Positions 46,955 to 60,420 of a stretch of DNA of 64,000 nucleotides are shown here, piece after piece (position 1 is the first letter of the stretch; each line of letters opens with the position of its first letter). Both the position numbers and the translations under genes were made by a program. This DNA comes from Narcine bancroftii (lineage: Eukaryota), in assembly GCF_036971445.1 (NCBI RefSeq), contig NC_091469.1, positions 8,742,001 through 8,806,000 on the forward strand, in the 5' to 3' direction. The notes under the pieces are model-generated. The model was not told the DNA's origin. It saw only the letters and a list, made by a program, of their open reading frames with translations, and did not search any database.

Positions 46955-49830
46955 AATCTTTAATCTCTTTGTCTCTTTTAATTATTTCTGCCAAAGGTTC
47001 TGTAGTTAAAGCAAATAAAAATGGCAATAACAGACATCCTTGTCTAGATAATCTTTCTAATAGAAAAGGTTTTGATACTTGTCTATTTGTAACCACTTTA
47101 GCATTTGGTTGTTTATGTAATGTCCTTATCCAATTTATTAAAGCATTTGGAATTCCAAAAGTATGTAATACTTTTAATACTTCTAACCTATCAATTTTTT
47201 TCTGCATCTAATGCAACTGCTACTGTTGGCTTCTTTTCTTTCTGTGCTACACCTATAAAACTCATAAATTTAACTATATTATCTACATATCTTCTATTTT
47301 TAATAAAATCAGTCTGATCCATTTTATTAATTTTGGTAAATATTTGGTTAATCTATTATCTAATAGTTTAGATACAATTTTATAATCAGTATTTAATAAT
47401 GATATAGGACTATAGGAAGAAGGTTGTAAAGGATCTTTTAATTTTTTTGAAATAACTGTTATTAATGCTGGTTTGAAAGATTTTGGCAAGTCTTTTGATT
47501 CTTTAATTTGATCCAATACTCCCATTAATACAGGAATTAATAATTAACAAAATCCTTTATAAAACTCCAGATGGAAGCCATCTTCTCTCGGAGCATTATT
47601 GATTTGCAGTGACATCAAAATCTCATACCCTTCTACCTCAGAAAAGAATTAGATAACTCTAGTTTTTTGTCCATATTTAACATAGGTAATTTAATTTGTG
47701 ATAGATATTCCTCTATTTTTTCATCTTTCAAAGATTCTGATTGATATAATTTTTCATAAAATTTCTTAATATTATTATTAATTTTTTGCATCTTATAGGT
47801 GACTTGACCAGTTTCTTTCTTTGTTGCAATTATGGTTCTTGACATTTGATCAGCTTTTAATTGCCATGCTAATACTTCATGAGTTCTTTCACCCAATTCA
47901 TAGTATTTCTATCATTTTCCCATTATATCTCTTTCTACTTTATAAGTTTGTATTGTATTAAATCTTATTTTTTTTATTCTAATAATCCTTTTTTCTCTTC
48001 TTTTTTTTGCACATGTAATTCATTCTCTAAATTTAATATTTTGTTTTCCAATTGGTCTACCTCTTTCATATGTTCTTTCTTTATTTTAGAAGTATAACTT
48101 ATTATTTGACCTCTTAAATATGCCTTCAAAGTGTTATTCATTACTGAATTGCCATTAGTTTCTAGGAAAAAAATTATCTTCTGTCTCATAGAATCACAAA
48201 AATCTTTTCTCTTTAGTAATATTTTTTAAATCTCCATCTATAACCTATATTTTGTACTTCCTTCAATGTAATTGAGAAAATTAAAGATGAATGATCAGAT
48301 AAACTCTTGCTTGATATTCAATCTTTTGAACCCTAGCTTGAAGCTATACAATCTTAGCTACTTTACCATTTAAAATTTTACCTGCTGATCTATTTAGTTT
48401 TGGATCAAGAGTGAAATTAAAATCTCCTTCTACTAATATTTTCATTTAGCACTTGTTAATTGCATAAATATATCTTCTATAAATTTTCCATTATCTACAT
48501 TTGGTACATACACATTCGTTAAAGTCCAATATTCTGAATAAATTTGGCAATTAACCATTACATTCCTTCCCACTATATCTATAGTTGTGTCTAATATTTT
48601 AACTGGTAAATTTTTGTATTAGTATTGCTACACCTCTAGCTTTTGAATTAAATGAAGATCCCAATACCAATCCAACCCAATCTCTTTTTAACCTTTTATG
48701 CTCTTTTTCTGTCAAATGAGTATCTTGTAAAAATTTATGTCTACTTTAGTTTTTTTCATATATATTAATTATTATTTTTTTCTGTTTTATTGGGTTCTGT
48801 ATTCCATTTATATTAAAACTCATAAAATTCAATTTTCTGGCCATTAATTACCTTTATTATATCTTTTGTCCATCCAAAATTCATCTCCTACTCCTCCCAC
48901 TCTCATAGTATTCTTGATTAATCCTGCTGTACAATAAAATAAGAAAAGAAAGAAAAAAAAGATCCCCTCCAGGTGCATCTTCAAAACCCTAATCTGTGTG
49001 GAATATGGTCAAAACCACACTTGTACTCATGATTCCGCAGCAGTTAGCTCCATACTCCCAACTAACTCACTCAAAATGCAATATAGTCTCCTGTTGCATT
49101 ATAACTATACATTCCTATTCATTCATGGATCTTTTAAACATATATAGATCACTTATAGTTTAAAACTCTCCTCCCCATTAAACTCTCTCAAAATTTTTCA
49201 GTTACGTCTGAACTAATTCAGTCATATATTCCATTCAAGTGTCAGCAATCACCTGTCTCTCTCTTTCAGGCAATGAATCTGCAAATACCTTTGCCTCATT
49301 AGGCTCCGTATAAATCCTGTTTTACCCATCTGGAACAAAAACTTACAAAACAGCCGGATACCTCAAGACAAAGGCATAACCTTTTTTCATAAAACATTTT
49401 TAACTGCGTTAAATTCTTTTATTTTTTTCATCAAATCAAAATTTATGGTAATTGGTTTTTTTTTGTTTGTTTAGCTGCCAGTTCTAAAATCTTCTCTTTA
49501 TTTTGTAACAAAGAAATGTAACAATATTGGCCAAGGTCTCTGATTTGCTTGTGGCTTTGATCTCTGTGCTCTATTTGCTCTCTCAATCTCAATCTCAATC
49601 ATTTGCCTTTCCTTTGGAAGGTTTCAAATTTTGCTTGCCTCCTTTTTTCACCTCCCACAGACAGTTTCTGTTGTTCACCTCTCCTGAACCTTCACTTTCT
49701 CTCTCCATCAACACATATCATTCAATTCATCCCATCCCAGAATATCCCTCTCAAGCCATCCCAACTTTTGCTGTAACTTCAAGCTTTCTTTTTCTCTACA
49801 TTTTCCAAATGTTGAAGAAAGATCAAAAGA
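46955..49830 (-). mobile_element. L1-clade LINE remnant (ORF1 C-terminus, spacer, ORF2 EN and N-terminal RT), 3'-truncated
   Basis: ORF2 start at 48844 MARKLNFMSFNINGIQNPIK; ALITVISKK..PISLLNTDYKI; RQGCLLLPFLFAL; ORF1-like LRYPAVL..PNEAKVFADSL at about 49260-49430; A-rich sense strand. Confidence 0.9.
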
Positions 49831-49874
49831 TCTTCAGTGAGAAACATTAATTCTGTTTCTCTCTATTCTCTGTG

Positions 49875-50210
49875 TGTAAGATTATGAAAGGCACAGATAG
49901 GGTAGATAGTGAGCACCTTTCTCCCAATGGCCTTTACCAGGGGACATCTGTTTAAGATGAGTGGAGAAAAGTTTAGGGGAGGTGTCAGAGGTACGTTTTT
50001 ACTCAGAGAGGGCTGAGTGCCTGGAATGCATTGCTGGGAATGATGGTGGAGGCTGGTACAATAGGGACATTTAAAAGATTCTTAGATAGGGACATGGATG
50101 TAAGAAAAATGGAGGGTTGTGTGTATGAGGGAGGGAAGGAGTAGGTTTACATAGATCAGCTCAACATGGTGGGTGAAAGACCTGCATTGTGCTGTATATT
50201 TTATATTCTA
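49875..50210 (+). mobile_element. CR1 3' fragment
   Basis: Homologous to 53460-53800. Confidence 0.8.
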
Positions 50211-50498
50211 AGTGTGGCATAAAGGCATTAGGAACTTCTTGTACTTGAAAGACACAATAAGTTCCATGTTCCAGTTCTTTAATCTCACACCCCTGCCTGA
50301 AATTTTAAGTATTTCTGGACAAGAGGCATCGTTCTCTTTGCACTTCAGCCTCATTAATATTTTGAGGAAAAAACCTGCAGTAATACAGCTACCAGTTGTT
50401 TCTCTACAGTAAAAGAAGTAGGTGCCACTTTTATCTCCTCTCCACCTCCCACCACCTCACTCATTCATACTCACTACGACCATCAGAGTGATCTGTGA

Positions 50499-50660
50499 GA
50501 CAGTGAATGGTCAAGGATCTCGCCCACTCTGCTAGACAGCCAGTGGTCGAGGATATCACGTCCTCTGGAAGACAGCAAGCAGTCAAGGGTCTCGCTTCCT
50601 CTGGCAGGCAGAGAGTGGTCGAGGATCTCGCCTGCTCTGGGAGACAGCGAGAGGTCAAGG
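50499..50660. repeat. Degenerate 36-bp tandem repeat, about 4.5 copies
   Basis: g(a/g)cag....ggtc(a/g)agg.tctcgc....tctgg starting at 50499, 50535, 50571, 50607, 50643. Confidence 0.85.
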
Positions 50661-50929
50661 GGTTGTTGACGGTGTTGCCTTTGACCTAGCTGCTCCAGGC
50701 ACGACTCATTCAGATTGTTTCCACATGGTTTCCAGCACCTTAGAAGGGTGGATGCCTGCAGATTCCATGCCTGACCTTGAGCCCCTGCATCCTGCTCCCT
50801 CCTCTACATGGCCCCTCCCCACTCATGGCTCTGAATCCTTGAAGCTTCTAGGAGTAGACAGTGCCCATTGCCTGACAGAAGGCCTTGGGAAACTGGGGTC
50901 AAAAAACATTAAGAATAAATCAAATTAAC

Positions 50930-51460
50930 ATATTGCACCATGAGAGAGAAATTTAAAAGGTTAAATAAATAAATATTCACAGTTATATTGCTGGAAGCAT
51001 GTGCTGTGTCAGTCATGCAGTCTTTGATGGTTCAGAAGTTATGGTTTGGGTGATATAGGGAGGTTCAAGTGCCTGTTGGCAAGAAACTATTCTTGAACCT
51101 GAAGGTGCTGGTCTTCAGGCTTTTGTACCCTCTGCCCAAAGGTAGCAGCGAGATGAGGATGTGACCAGGATGGTGGGAGTCTTTAGGATGTAGGGGGGAT
51201 AAAACTAATTAGTTGTATATTTCCTACTTATTGCTGCATGTACTGTGTAGAATTCGAGTCAATAGTACCAACTACTGAGTAGAAGTGAATTAACACAAGT
51301 TCCCTGGATCACATGATCTCTATTGCCCAATCAGCTTCCTGCTGATCTGAGCTTTACAAATTCAACTGCCTGCATCACCTGTCTCCAATTGCCAGGTGCG
51401 GCCTTCAGATAAAATCCCCGCTGGCTGTTGGCTGCCTTCTTGAGGCAATGCCTCATATGG
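50930..51460 (-). mobile_element. Rex1/Babar 3' fragment with an unclassified insert at about 51190-51425
   Basis: cttgaacctgaaggtgctggtcttcaggcttttgtacc..ggatggtgggagtctttaggatg, resuming at ttggctgccttcttgaggc. Confidence 0.6.
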
Positions 51461-52359
51461 TGGATTTGTTCAAAGCAGGCAAATGGAACTCATTCAGAAC
51501 GTCAGCTTGGTTGATATCGGGATGAGCTGGGCTGAATGATCATTCAGTGTGATTATCAGCTTGAGGGAGCTCAGAGATACCTGTCTAACTCAATATCCAC
51601 TCTCAGTTTCACCAATTGACAACTTTTTGGGGGGGCCTGTGTGCCTATTTGAGGTAGATTTGATCATGGGTGTTTACTTAAGGTTTGAGAGCTGTCCACT
51701 ACGATGGACATTTTAAACTCTCTACCCACAACAACCAGCCTCGTTCATCATTGGATGGTTTATATCAAGAACATATTTTGCTCTGATGTTCCCACCACAC
51801 CATCTTACACATTGGGACTCTGAATGAATTGGCCCTGGATTTCAGGAGGTGAGAAATACTGGTGGCAATAATGTGATGCTATGGTTGAACACCCTACCAT
51901 TTTATCTGCATGTTTGTAGGCTCATCATCAGAGCGGATCTATCAACAAAACATCTTTCAGAATGGTGGAATAGACATCAGTGCCTGGTTCAGTCATGTTT
52001 TAACATCAGAGCACATGGTACACGTAGTCTTCACAGCAGTACACAAGAGTGCTGGAGAAACTTAGCAGGTCACACTGAATCTATGTGTGTATATGGATTC
52101 TGCATGCACTTCACATGTACTCATTCAATTATAGGCTGATTTTGGTTCATTAACCAACAGCTAGCCTGAGCCTGTTAATATCCTGGTTGTCTGAAAATTT
52201 GAGAAAGCAGCCCAGGAATGGATAAATGCAGGTGGTCCAGCTCTGTTAATTATACCTGTGTTCTGATGCTGTTAATTTAACACCCTGATTCTTGACACAT
52301 TAAGCCTTTGGAACCTCTGACAGGCTTCATTTCACTTCCTTGCTCCAGAAGACAATAAG

Positions 52360-52650
52360 AAAACACACAAAACTGCAGGAGGATTTCTGGAGCTCTTGCA
52401 GCATTCATAGGAATTAAATATATATTACCAATGTTTCTGGCCTGAGCCCTTCCTCAAGGCACGAGTAAAAAGCAGGCAGTGTCTGAGTAAAAATCAGGCA
52501 TCTGCCTGCTTTTCGAATATCTTGAAGAAGGGCTCAGGTCCGAAACGTCAGTAACGTATAATTTCCTCCTTTGGATGTTGCGAGAGCTCCTGAGTTCATC
52601 CAGCATTTCTGTGTTTTTACTACAATCACAGCATCCTCTAACTTCCTTGT
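52360..52650. mobile_element. Penelope-derived palindrome with a hammerhead-like core in each arm
   Basis: Right arm cttgaagaagggctcaggtccgaaacgtc; left arm is its reverse complement tgtttctggcctgagcccttcctcaag. Confidence 0.8.
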
Positions 52651-52789
52651 TTCATTCTACAAGTCAGTAAAATCCAATCTTGTCATAAAGTGTAGATTTA
52701 CATTTGGTAGTGTTCAATGTGATGGGACATTATGGACAAATGGAAAATTCCTAATGCGATGCCCTTATTCTAAGGGCTGATAATGAATG

Positions 52790-54570
52790 GTATTTAACCT
52801 GATGCCTATTATTGGGAAAATGTCAGAATCAATCATGAAGGAGGAAATAGCAGAATAATTGTAGAGTCTTTATCGGACCAGAGTAAATCTAGCTTCGTGA
52901 AAAAGAAAAAAAATCACATCTGACAAATGTATTGGAATTCTTTGAAGATTTTTCATTGAGAATTGTATTTGACAAGGTTCACACCAAAGGTTACCCTGCA
53001 TGAAAAGTTAATTACATAAGAAGAAAGATATTGGTAATGATTGAGAACTGGCAACCTTATGGAGGTAATGAGCATGGATAAGGGGGTTATTATCATACTG
53101 GTAAACTCTTATCTGTGTAGAGCCTCAGGAAACAGGACTGGAACTGAAGGTGTGTACAATATTTATTAATGATTTACAGGTAGGTACCAAAGTGTTTAAA
53201 AATGGAGATGGCAAAACCTGCTGTAAAAAAAACACAGTGAGTCTGTAGGAAGAAGTTATCTATCGGTGTATAAAATGGGAATATGTGAATGTGTTCTCGC
53301 TGGAAAAAAGAATGACAAATCAAATTATTATCCAAATCAAAAAAAACAGGAAATGTTCCAAAGGGGATTTACTGAGATGTTTCTTGGATATGTCTTATGA
53401 GAAAGGTTGACTTAGCTCGGGCTTTTCTCTTTAGAGTGATGAAGGATGAGAAGTGGTGTATAAGATTATGAGAGGCATATGTAGGGTGGACAGCAAGCAC
53501 CTTTATCCCCAGGTGACAATAGCAAATACCAGAGAGTGCATATTTAAGATGAGTGGAGAAAAGTTAAGGGGAGATATCTGAGGTAGGCTTTTTACTGAAT
53601 GCCTGGAATGCATTACAGAGGGGTGGTGATGGAGGCCAGCACAATAAGGACATTCAAAAGATTCTTAGATAAGCATGTGGATGTAAGAAAAATAGAGGGT
53701 CATGGGCTGTGAGGGAAGGGTTAGACTGCTGTGGATTAGGTTTTCATTGGTTGGCACAATATAATGGGCTGAAGGATCTGAACTGTTCTGTCATGTTCTA
53801 ACTGTGGCATCAAAGGATTTGGAAGTCCTCATACTTGAAACTCAAAAAAGCAAATGCACAACAGGTAATTGGGCAGGTTAAAGAGTGTTAACATTTATTT
53901 CAAGAAATTAGTATAAAAGACTTCTTTAAGTCTCACGACATTTGTAAATTGGAATACTGAAGCCATACCTTCTGCTGCCTTGTGAAAGGTGGATGTATGG
54001 AACAGGCTGCCGGAGGAGGTGGCTGAGGCAGGTGCTATTGCAACATTTAAGAAAAATTTGAATGCATACATGGATAGGATGGGTTTAGAGGGATATGGAC
54101 CAAATACAGGCTGGTAGGACTGGGTATGCGCGAGGCATTTTGGTTGGTGTGGGCAAGTTGAGCCGTAGGGCCTGTTTCCATGCTGTTAGAAGGACTTCAG
54201 GGAAGATTGACAAGAATGATCCCAAATATGAAGGGATTGAACAGATTGGGTTGAACCCTGGAGTTTTGGAGAATGGGAGGTGATTTTACAGAAATATTGA
54301 ACATTCTTGAGGGATTTGACAGGCTAAATGCTGGAGGATTTCTCAGTAAAGCCTAGGAGAAATGATAGGGCTCAGAAAAGAGGACAGCAGCCCTAGCCTA
54401 AGAAGAGGGTGAAATTCTTCACTCAAAGCTCTGAGCCCTTGGAATTCCTCACACCAGAAAGCTGTGGAGACTGACTCGTCTGATATACTCAAGCAAAGAG
54501 GGAGAAATTTTTAATCACTCACAATATCAAGCAAAATGGGACCAGCCCACCATCTTGTTTAAAAGGCAGA
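52790..54570 (+). mobile_element. Old CR1 RT with nested younger CR1 3' fragments (about 53360-53800 and 53985-54187)
   Basis: tgacaaatgtattggaattctttgaag (LTNxLEFFE); repeated 3'UTR motifs. Confidence 0.7.
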
Positions 54571-55609
54571 ACAAGAAATTAAGGCCTAGCTTTTTTTCCC
54601 CATTTCTCATGGTCTTGTACTGACAATCAATCACCACTTCCCAACTCCAAAAGTTATGCAGCCACAGCTATCGAATCTAAGGACACTGAGTTTTATGATA
54701 GCATAGAAATATATTGCCAGCCTTAGGATTGTTTCTGGATTCGCAACTTCCTCCATCTGGAGTTAAAATCCAAATCAATTTATTTTAACAAAAAAAAACA
54801 GTGAAGGCATTTGGTGAGAATTTTTTTTATCTAAAGCAGATAGTTTCTCTCTCTGGAGCAAGACTGTTGTACACACGTTTGTGGAGATCACAATTAAAAA
54901 CCTGAAATCAATGTTCATTGAACGTGGAAGAAACCTGAAAACACTGAGAAGACTAAAGGTAATTCTGATATTGACTTTGTGAACTCCAATCGAAATGTAA
55001 TAAGTAAAAGTCCAAATAATTGTTTTGCTTATGGATTCTTTCTTCTAAGCATACACATTCCATTTATATGTAACTTTAAGCATTAATGTATTCAATCACT
55101 TCCTGTTTATGTTTTTAAATGATATATAGTTACCATTTTATTTGTATATATGAAGGTCAAAAGTATAATTGTAATCAGATAAATTCAGTAGTTCCTGAGT
55201 TTGGAGGGAGTGTGCTTGAATAATGTGTCTTTTGCATTTTGGGTCAGGGTTTGAATTTTGACTGATGCATTCCATAAATGAAAAAGGCTTGTGCATTGGA
55301 GGGATAATATGAGGTTTTGTGGTGCTCAGGGCTGCTGCTTTGAAGCATGATAATAACCTGGGCTTGGGGATATAAAGAATACCTTCAGCATTCATAAATG
55401 ATATAAGATGTGTTAAATTATAAGGAAGCCATAACTGCAGGATATAAACTGGTTGGAGGAATTTGTAGGTAAGATAAATGATATTCAATTCAATAAATTA
55501 TACACTGATATAAAATAAGTTGATATATTAGCTTACATTATTATTATTATTTTGAAATCAGTTGTATTTTCTACCACATCCAGGTGGGCCCAGAAAGGAA
55601 ATTTCTGTT

Positions 55610-55850
55610 TAATTTAATCTAATTTGAGATACAGCACAATAACAGGCCCTTCTAGTCCATCAGCCCATGCTGGCCAAAAACCTAACCCCTTAAGTCTTTG
55701 GAACCCCTTATGTCTTACGGGACGAGTGAGGAGACCAGAACACTCCGAGGAAATCCACAGGGAGAACGTACCATCTCCTTACAGGCAGAGGTGGATTCAA
55801 ACTCGGGTCGCTGCCGCTGAATTAGTGTTGTGCAAACCACTACATGAAAC
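55610..55850 (-). mobile_element. tRNA-derived SINE
   Basis: Reverse complement has gagtttgaatcc (B box) and gtacgttctccctgtgg core. Confidence 0.7.
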
Positions 55851-57061
55851 TGTAAGTGTGAGTGAGCATGTCCTTTATTTCTGTGATCTTCTTTTAAATG
55901 GCCACATCTGTGCTTTTCCAGCTAGAAGCAGAGCTGTGCTTTATTTACCCATGCTGTCTTCATTCTCATTTGAAATTATCAAGGTACTAAATGGGAAATT
56001 GATGGAGAAAACCTTTTTATTTATAGCCATGTAAAAGGCTTAAGAGAAAAATAAGACCCTCACACACCCTCTGGCATTCAATTGTGCCAAGGCTTATGTG
56101 AATCACAGATTTATACTTTATCACTTGGTATTGGGAACAAAATTCGACTTCAGCTTGAATTATCCCAATGTCCACCTTGTTTTGCTATGGTTCTCAATTT
56201 CCAGTGGGTAGAGTCGCACAGAAAAGTGAAACACCTGACACTTATTAGGGCTAAATTCCATTTGTCATTCGTTGACCCACGAACACAACTGACCGTGATC
56301 AGTTAGATATCTTTCTTCACTGTCCACTACACTGCATATTTTGGAGTCATCTGGAAATTTGTTAATATATTTAACTACATTGCCATCCAAATCATTTATT
56401 ATAGATCTGAAGTTCAAAGTTCAGATTTATTGTTGGAGTACAGACATGACATTACATACAATGCTGAGATTCTTTTTCCTGTGGGCGAGACAGAATTTTT
56501 GATTGGTTGTGCAAAAAAAAACTGTACTCAAGATAAGTAATGTATACAAAGGAGAGAAATGTAAACAAAGAAGGAAATGCAAACAAACTGTGCAATTCAG
56601 AAAATAAATATTCTGTAACAAATATTGTGCAAAGTCAGAGTCCTTAAATGAGTCTCTGATTGAGATGTTTGCTTTGGAATCTGATGGTGGAGGGATAACA
56701 ACTGTTCCTGTACCTAGTGGTATGAGTCTTGTGGCACCTATACCTCTTTCCTCATAGCGGGAGTACTGGGTGGTGTGGATCCTTGATGATTGCTGATGCT
56801 CCCTGACGGCAGCATTCCATGTAGATTTTATCAATGGTGGCGAGACTTCTGCCTGTGATTAACTTCTTTTTGCAGGGCTTTCCACTCAGTGGTATTGGTG
56901 CCCCCATACCAGGCCATGATGCAGCCGGTAAGCACACTTTTCACTTCTATCAGTAAAAGTTTGCCAAGGTTTTGCTGTCATTACCAAACCTCCAAAAACT
57001 CCTGAGAGTGTAGAGGAGCTGACATGCTTTCTTCACAATGATGTTTCTTTTCTGGGTCCTG

Positions 57062-57735
57062 ATGAAGGTGAACATGTATGTCAAGATGGTGGTGAAGAAG
57101 GCAAATGCAATTCAGACATTCATTCCAGGAGGAATAGACTTTAAGAGCAGAGATGTGATGTTGAAGCTTTATAGGCACTGGTGAGACCTCACCTGGATTA
57201 TTCTGAGCTGTTTTGAGCTCCTCATTTAAGAAAAGGTGTGCTGACGTTGGAAAAGATTCAAACGATTTTGACTAGAATGATTCCCGCAATGAAAGGGTTA
57301 TCATATAAGGAGTGTTTGACAGCTCTTGGCCTGCATTTGGTGGAATTTAGGAGAATGAGAAGTATCTCATTGAAACATTTTGAATGTTGAAAGGCATGGA
57401 CAAAGTAGATGTAGAAAGGTTGTTTCTTACGGCGGAGAGTCTAGGACAAGAGGGCACAACTTCAGGATTAAAAGGCAACTGCTTAGGACAGAGACATATA
57501 AAAATGTCTTCAGCCAGAGGGTGGTAAATCTGTGAAATTTGTTGCCACATGTGGTTGCAGAGGCCAGGTCATTGGGTGTATATAAGTCAGAGATTGATAG
57601 GTCAGGGCATCAAAAGTTATGGGGGAAGACCAGGCAGTGGGGCTGAGTGGGAGAATGGATCAGGGCATGATTAAATAACGAAGAAGACTCATCTGAATAG
57701 CCTATTTCTCCTCCTATATCTTATGGTCTTATGAT
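57062..57735 (+). mobile_element. CR1 3' fragment inserted in Rex1
   Basis: LKLYRHW/LVRPHL-like region; tail tcttatggtcttatg. Confidence 0.85.
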
Positions 57736-58384
57736 CTCACTGATTATGATCTGCAGGTGATAAAATCCAGCATCCAATTACACAGACGGGTGCTGAGACG
57801 CAGGTCTTGGAGTTTGCTGCTCAGTTTTGAGAGGATGATGGTTTTGAGTGCTGAACTGTAATGTATAAAGAGCCTCCTGATTCATGTGGCCTTGCTCTTT
57901 AGGTGTTACAGGGATTTATGTAGAGCTAAAGACATAGCATCTGTGTAAACCTCTGGTTGTTCTAGGCAAATTGGAACAGACCACTTTGCTGCTCAGATAG
58001 AGCTGATATACTTCAAAAACTAGCCTTTCAAAACACTTCATCACTATGGATGTGAATGCCTCTGGTCAGTAGACATTTAGACAAGTAACGCACTTATTTG
58101 TTTGATTAAAGACTGTTTGAAGCAGGTGGGTTCCACACCCTGTCAGAGTGAGATGTTGAAGATATCGGTGAATAGATTGCCAAGTTGGTCAGCACAAGTT
58201 TTTAGTACTTATTTGGGTACTCATAGAATAATTACAGCACAGAAACAGGCTAGCTTGGCAGTGAGGTAGCCAGTTTCTAATGTTAGGGAGAGCGGGCACA
58301 TAAAAGAGGTGCTACAAAACAAACCAGATGGTGAGTCAGTGGTTGAATGATGGACCACGCTGATTTTTTGATGGGATCGTACTG

Positions 58385-58645
58385 GAGCGATGGGTGAGTG
58401 AATGGGGAAGGGGCCCTGAGTCAGAGTGGCAGGGGGCAGTGTCAGAACAAAGGGTGGAGTTGGAGCAGGGGCAGAGTTGTAGCAGCGTGGGGTGGAGTCT
58501 GAGCGACGGAAAGAGCGGAGTCAGCGTGGCAGGGGGCGGAGCTTGAGCGAGGACAGAATCGGAGCGGGGTAGGGGCCGGAGTTGGAGTGGTGGTGGGGTG
58601 GAGTCAGAACAGAGGAGTGGAATCAGAGCAGTGGGAAGGAGGCAA
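58385..58645. repeat. G-rich degenerate repeat (ggggcggagtcagag-like), source of the 59732-59816 copy
   Basis: Recurring ggagtcag/ggggc motifs. Confidence 0.7.
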
Positions 58646-58679
58646 CACACCCATGGCTAAGGGCATTTTAAATATTTCT

Positions 58680-60420
58680 GCCAGATCCCCTGAAATTTCT
58701 ACACAAGCCTCCATCAAGTTCTAAGGGAATAACTAGTCAGTCTTGGGAATTTATGCACCCTTATTTGCTTTAAGACAGCAAGCACTTCCTCCTCTTTAAT
58801 CTGTATAGGTTCCTTGACCACACTGCTTGTTTTCCGTACTTCCCACAACTCTGTGCCTATTTCCTGAGTGAATACTGATTAAAAAAAAACATTTCAGACT
58901 TCTTCCATCTCTTTTAACTGCATACAAAGCCGACGACTCTGATCTTCAAGGGGACCAATTTTGTCCCTTACTATCCTTTTGTTCTTAATATACCTTTAGA
59001 AACCCTTATGATTTTCCTTCACATTGTCTGCCAAAGCGACCACACGTTGTCTTTTAGTCTTCCTGATTTATTTCTTGAGGAATTTCTTGCATTTGTTATA
59101 TTCCTCAAGTACCTCATTTGTTCCATGTTGCCAATATCAGTTGTACACCTCTCTTGTTCCGAACCAGATCCCCAATACCCACAAAAACCAAGGTTCTCTA
59201 TACCTTCTAATCTTGCATTTGATCCTGACAGGAATAAACAAACTCTGTACTCTCAAAATTTCACCTTTGTAGGTCTTCCATTTACCTTGCACATCCTTGT
59301 CAGAAACATTCTATCCCAATCCAAGAATTCTAGATCATTTCTTATCTCCTCAAAGATGGCCTTTCTCCAATTTAGAATCTCAACTTGAGGCCCAGACCTA
59401 TCCCTCCCCATTATTAATGTGAAACTAATTATATTATGATCATTGGAACCAAAATGTTCCCTTACACATAATTCTGTCACCTGTCCTGTCTTGTTTTCTA
59501 ATATGTGATTCAGTATTGCACTCTCTCCAGTTGGTACCTCTATATATTGATTTAGAAAACTTTTCTCAACATATTTGACAAATTACCAGCCACCCAGCCC
59601 TTTTACAGTATGGGAGTCCCAGGTTAAAATCCCCTACTATCACAACTTTGTTTCCTACAGCTTCTGCTATCTCTCTACAGATTTGCTCCTCCAAGTCTCA
59701 TTGACTATTGGAGGGTCTATAATACAACCCATGAGTGAATGGGGAAGGGGCAGAGTTGTAGCAGCGTGGGGTGGAGTCTGAGCGATGGAAAGAACGGAGT
59801 CAGAGTGGCAGGGGGCCCCCTGCCTCTCCGACTCCGAGACCCTTCCCCATACAACCCTCAGTTCCACGCATATAGCCTCAGTAGTCACGCCCTCTGATCT
59901 GTCCTGCCAGAGCACAGCTGTGATATTTCCCCTGATGAGCAATGCCACTCATCCTCCTTTCATCCCCCCAATTCAAAAGAAGCCCAGATTAATGAGCTGC
60001 CTGTCCTGCCCTTCCTCCAACCATGCCACAATGTAGAAATTCCACATGCCAATCCATGCTCTAAGCTTGCCTGCCTTTCCTACAATACTCCTTCATTGAA
60101 ATAGATGCATCTGAGAAAATTTCCACCACGTTGACTTCTAAGGGAGCATACAATTTTAACATAATCTTTTCCCTCCTCCACTGCTCTATCTGCTCTGACA
60201 CACTGGTTCCCCTCCCCCTGCAAATCTAGTTGAAACCCACTGGAGCAGCACTAGCAAATCTGCCCACAAAGATATTAGTCTCCTTCCCGTTCAAATGCAA
60301 ACCATTCCATCGGAACAAGTCCCACCTTGCCTAGAAGAGAGCCCAATGATCCAGAAACCTGAAGCCCTCTCTTCTACACCATGTTTTTAGCCATTTGTTA
60401 AGCTGCATTATCCTCCCAAT
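58680..60420 (-). mobile_element. CR1 fragment (ORF1 3' end plus EN), with foreign insert 59732-59816
   Basis: WDLFRWNGLHLN; ALLIRGNITAV; EHFGSNDHN. Confidence 0.85.

Noticed and set aside
50499-50660. 36-bp repeats as CRISPR direct repeats
   Set aside because: Contiguous degenerate units without spacers.
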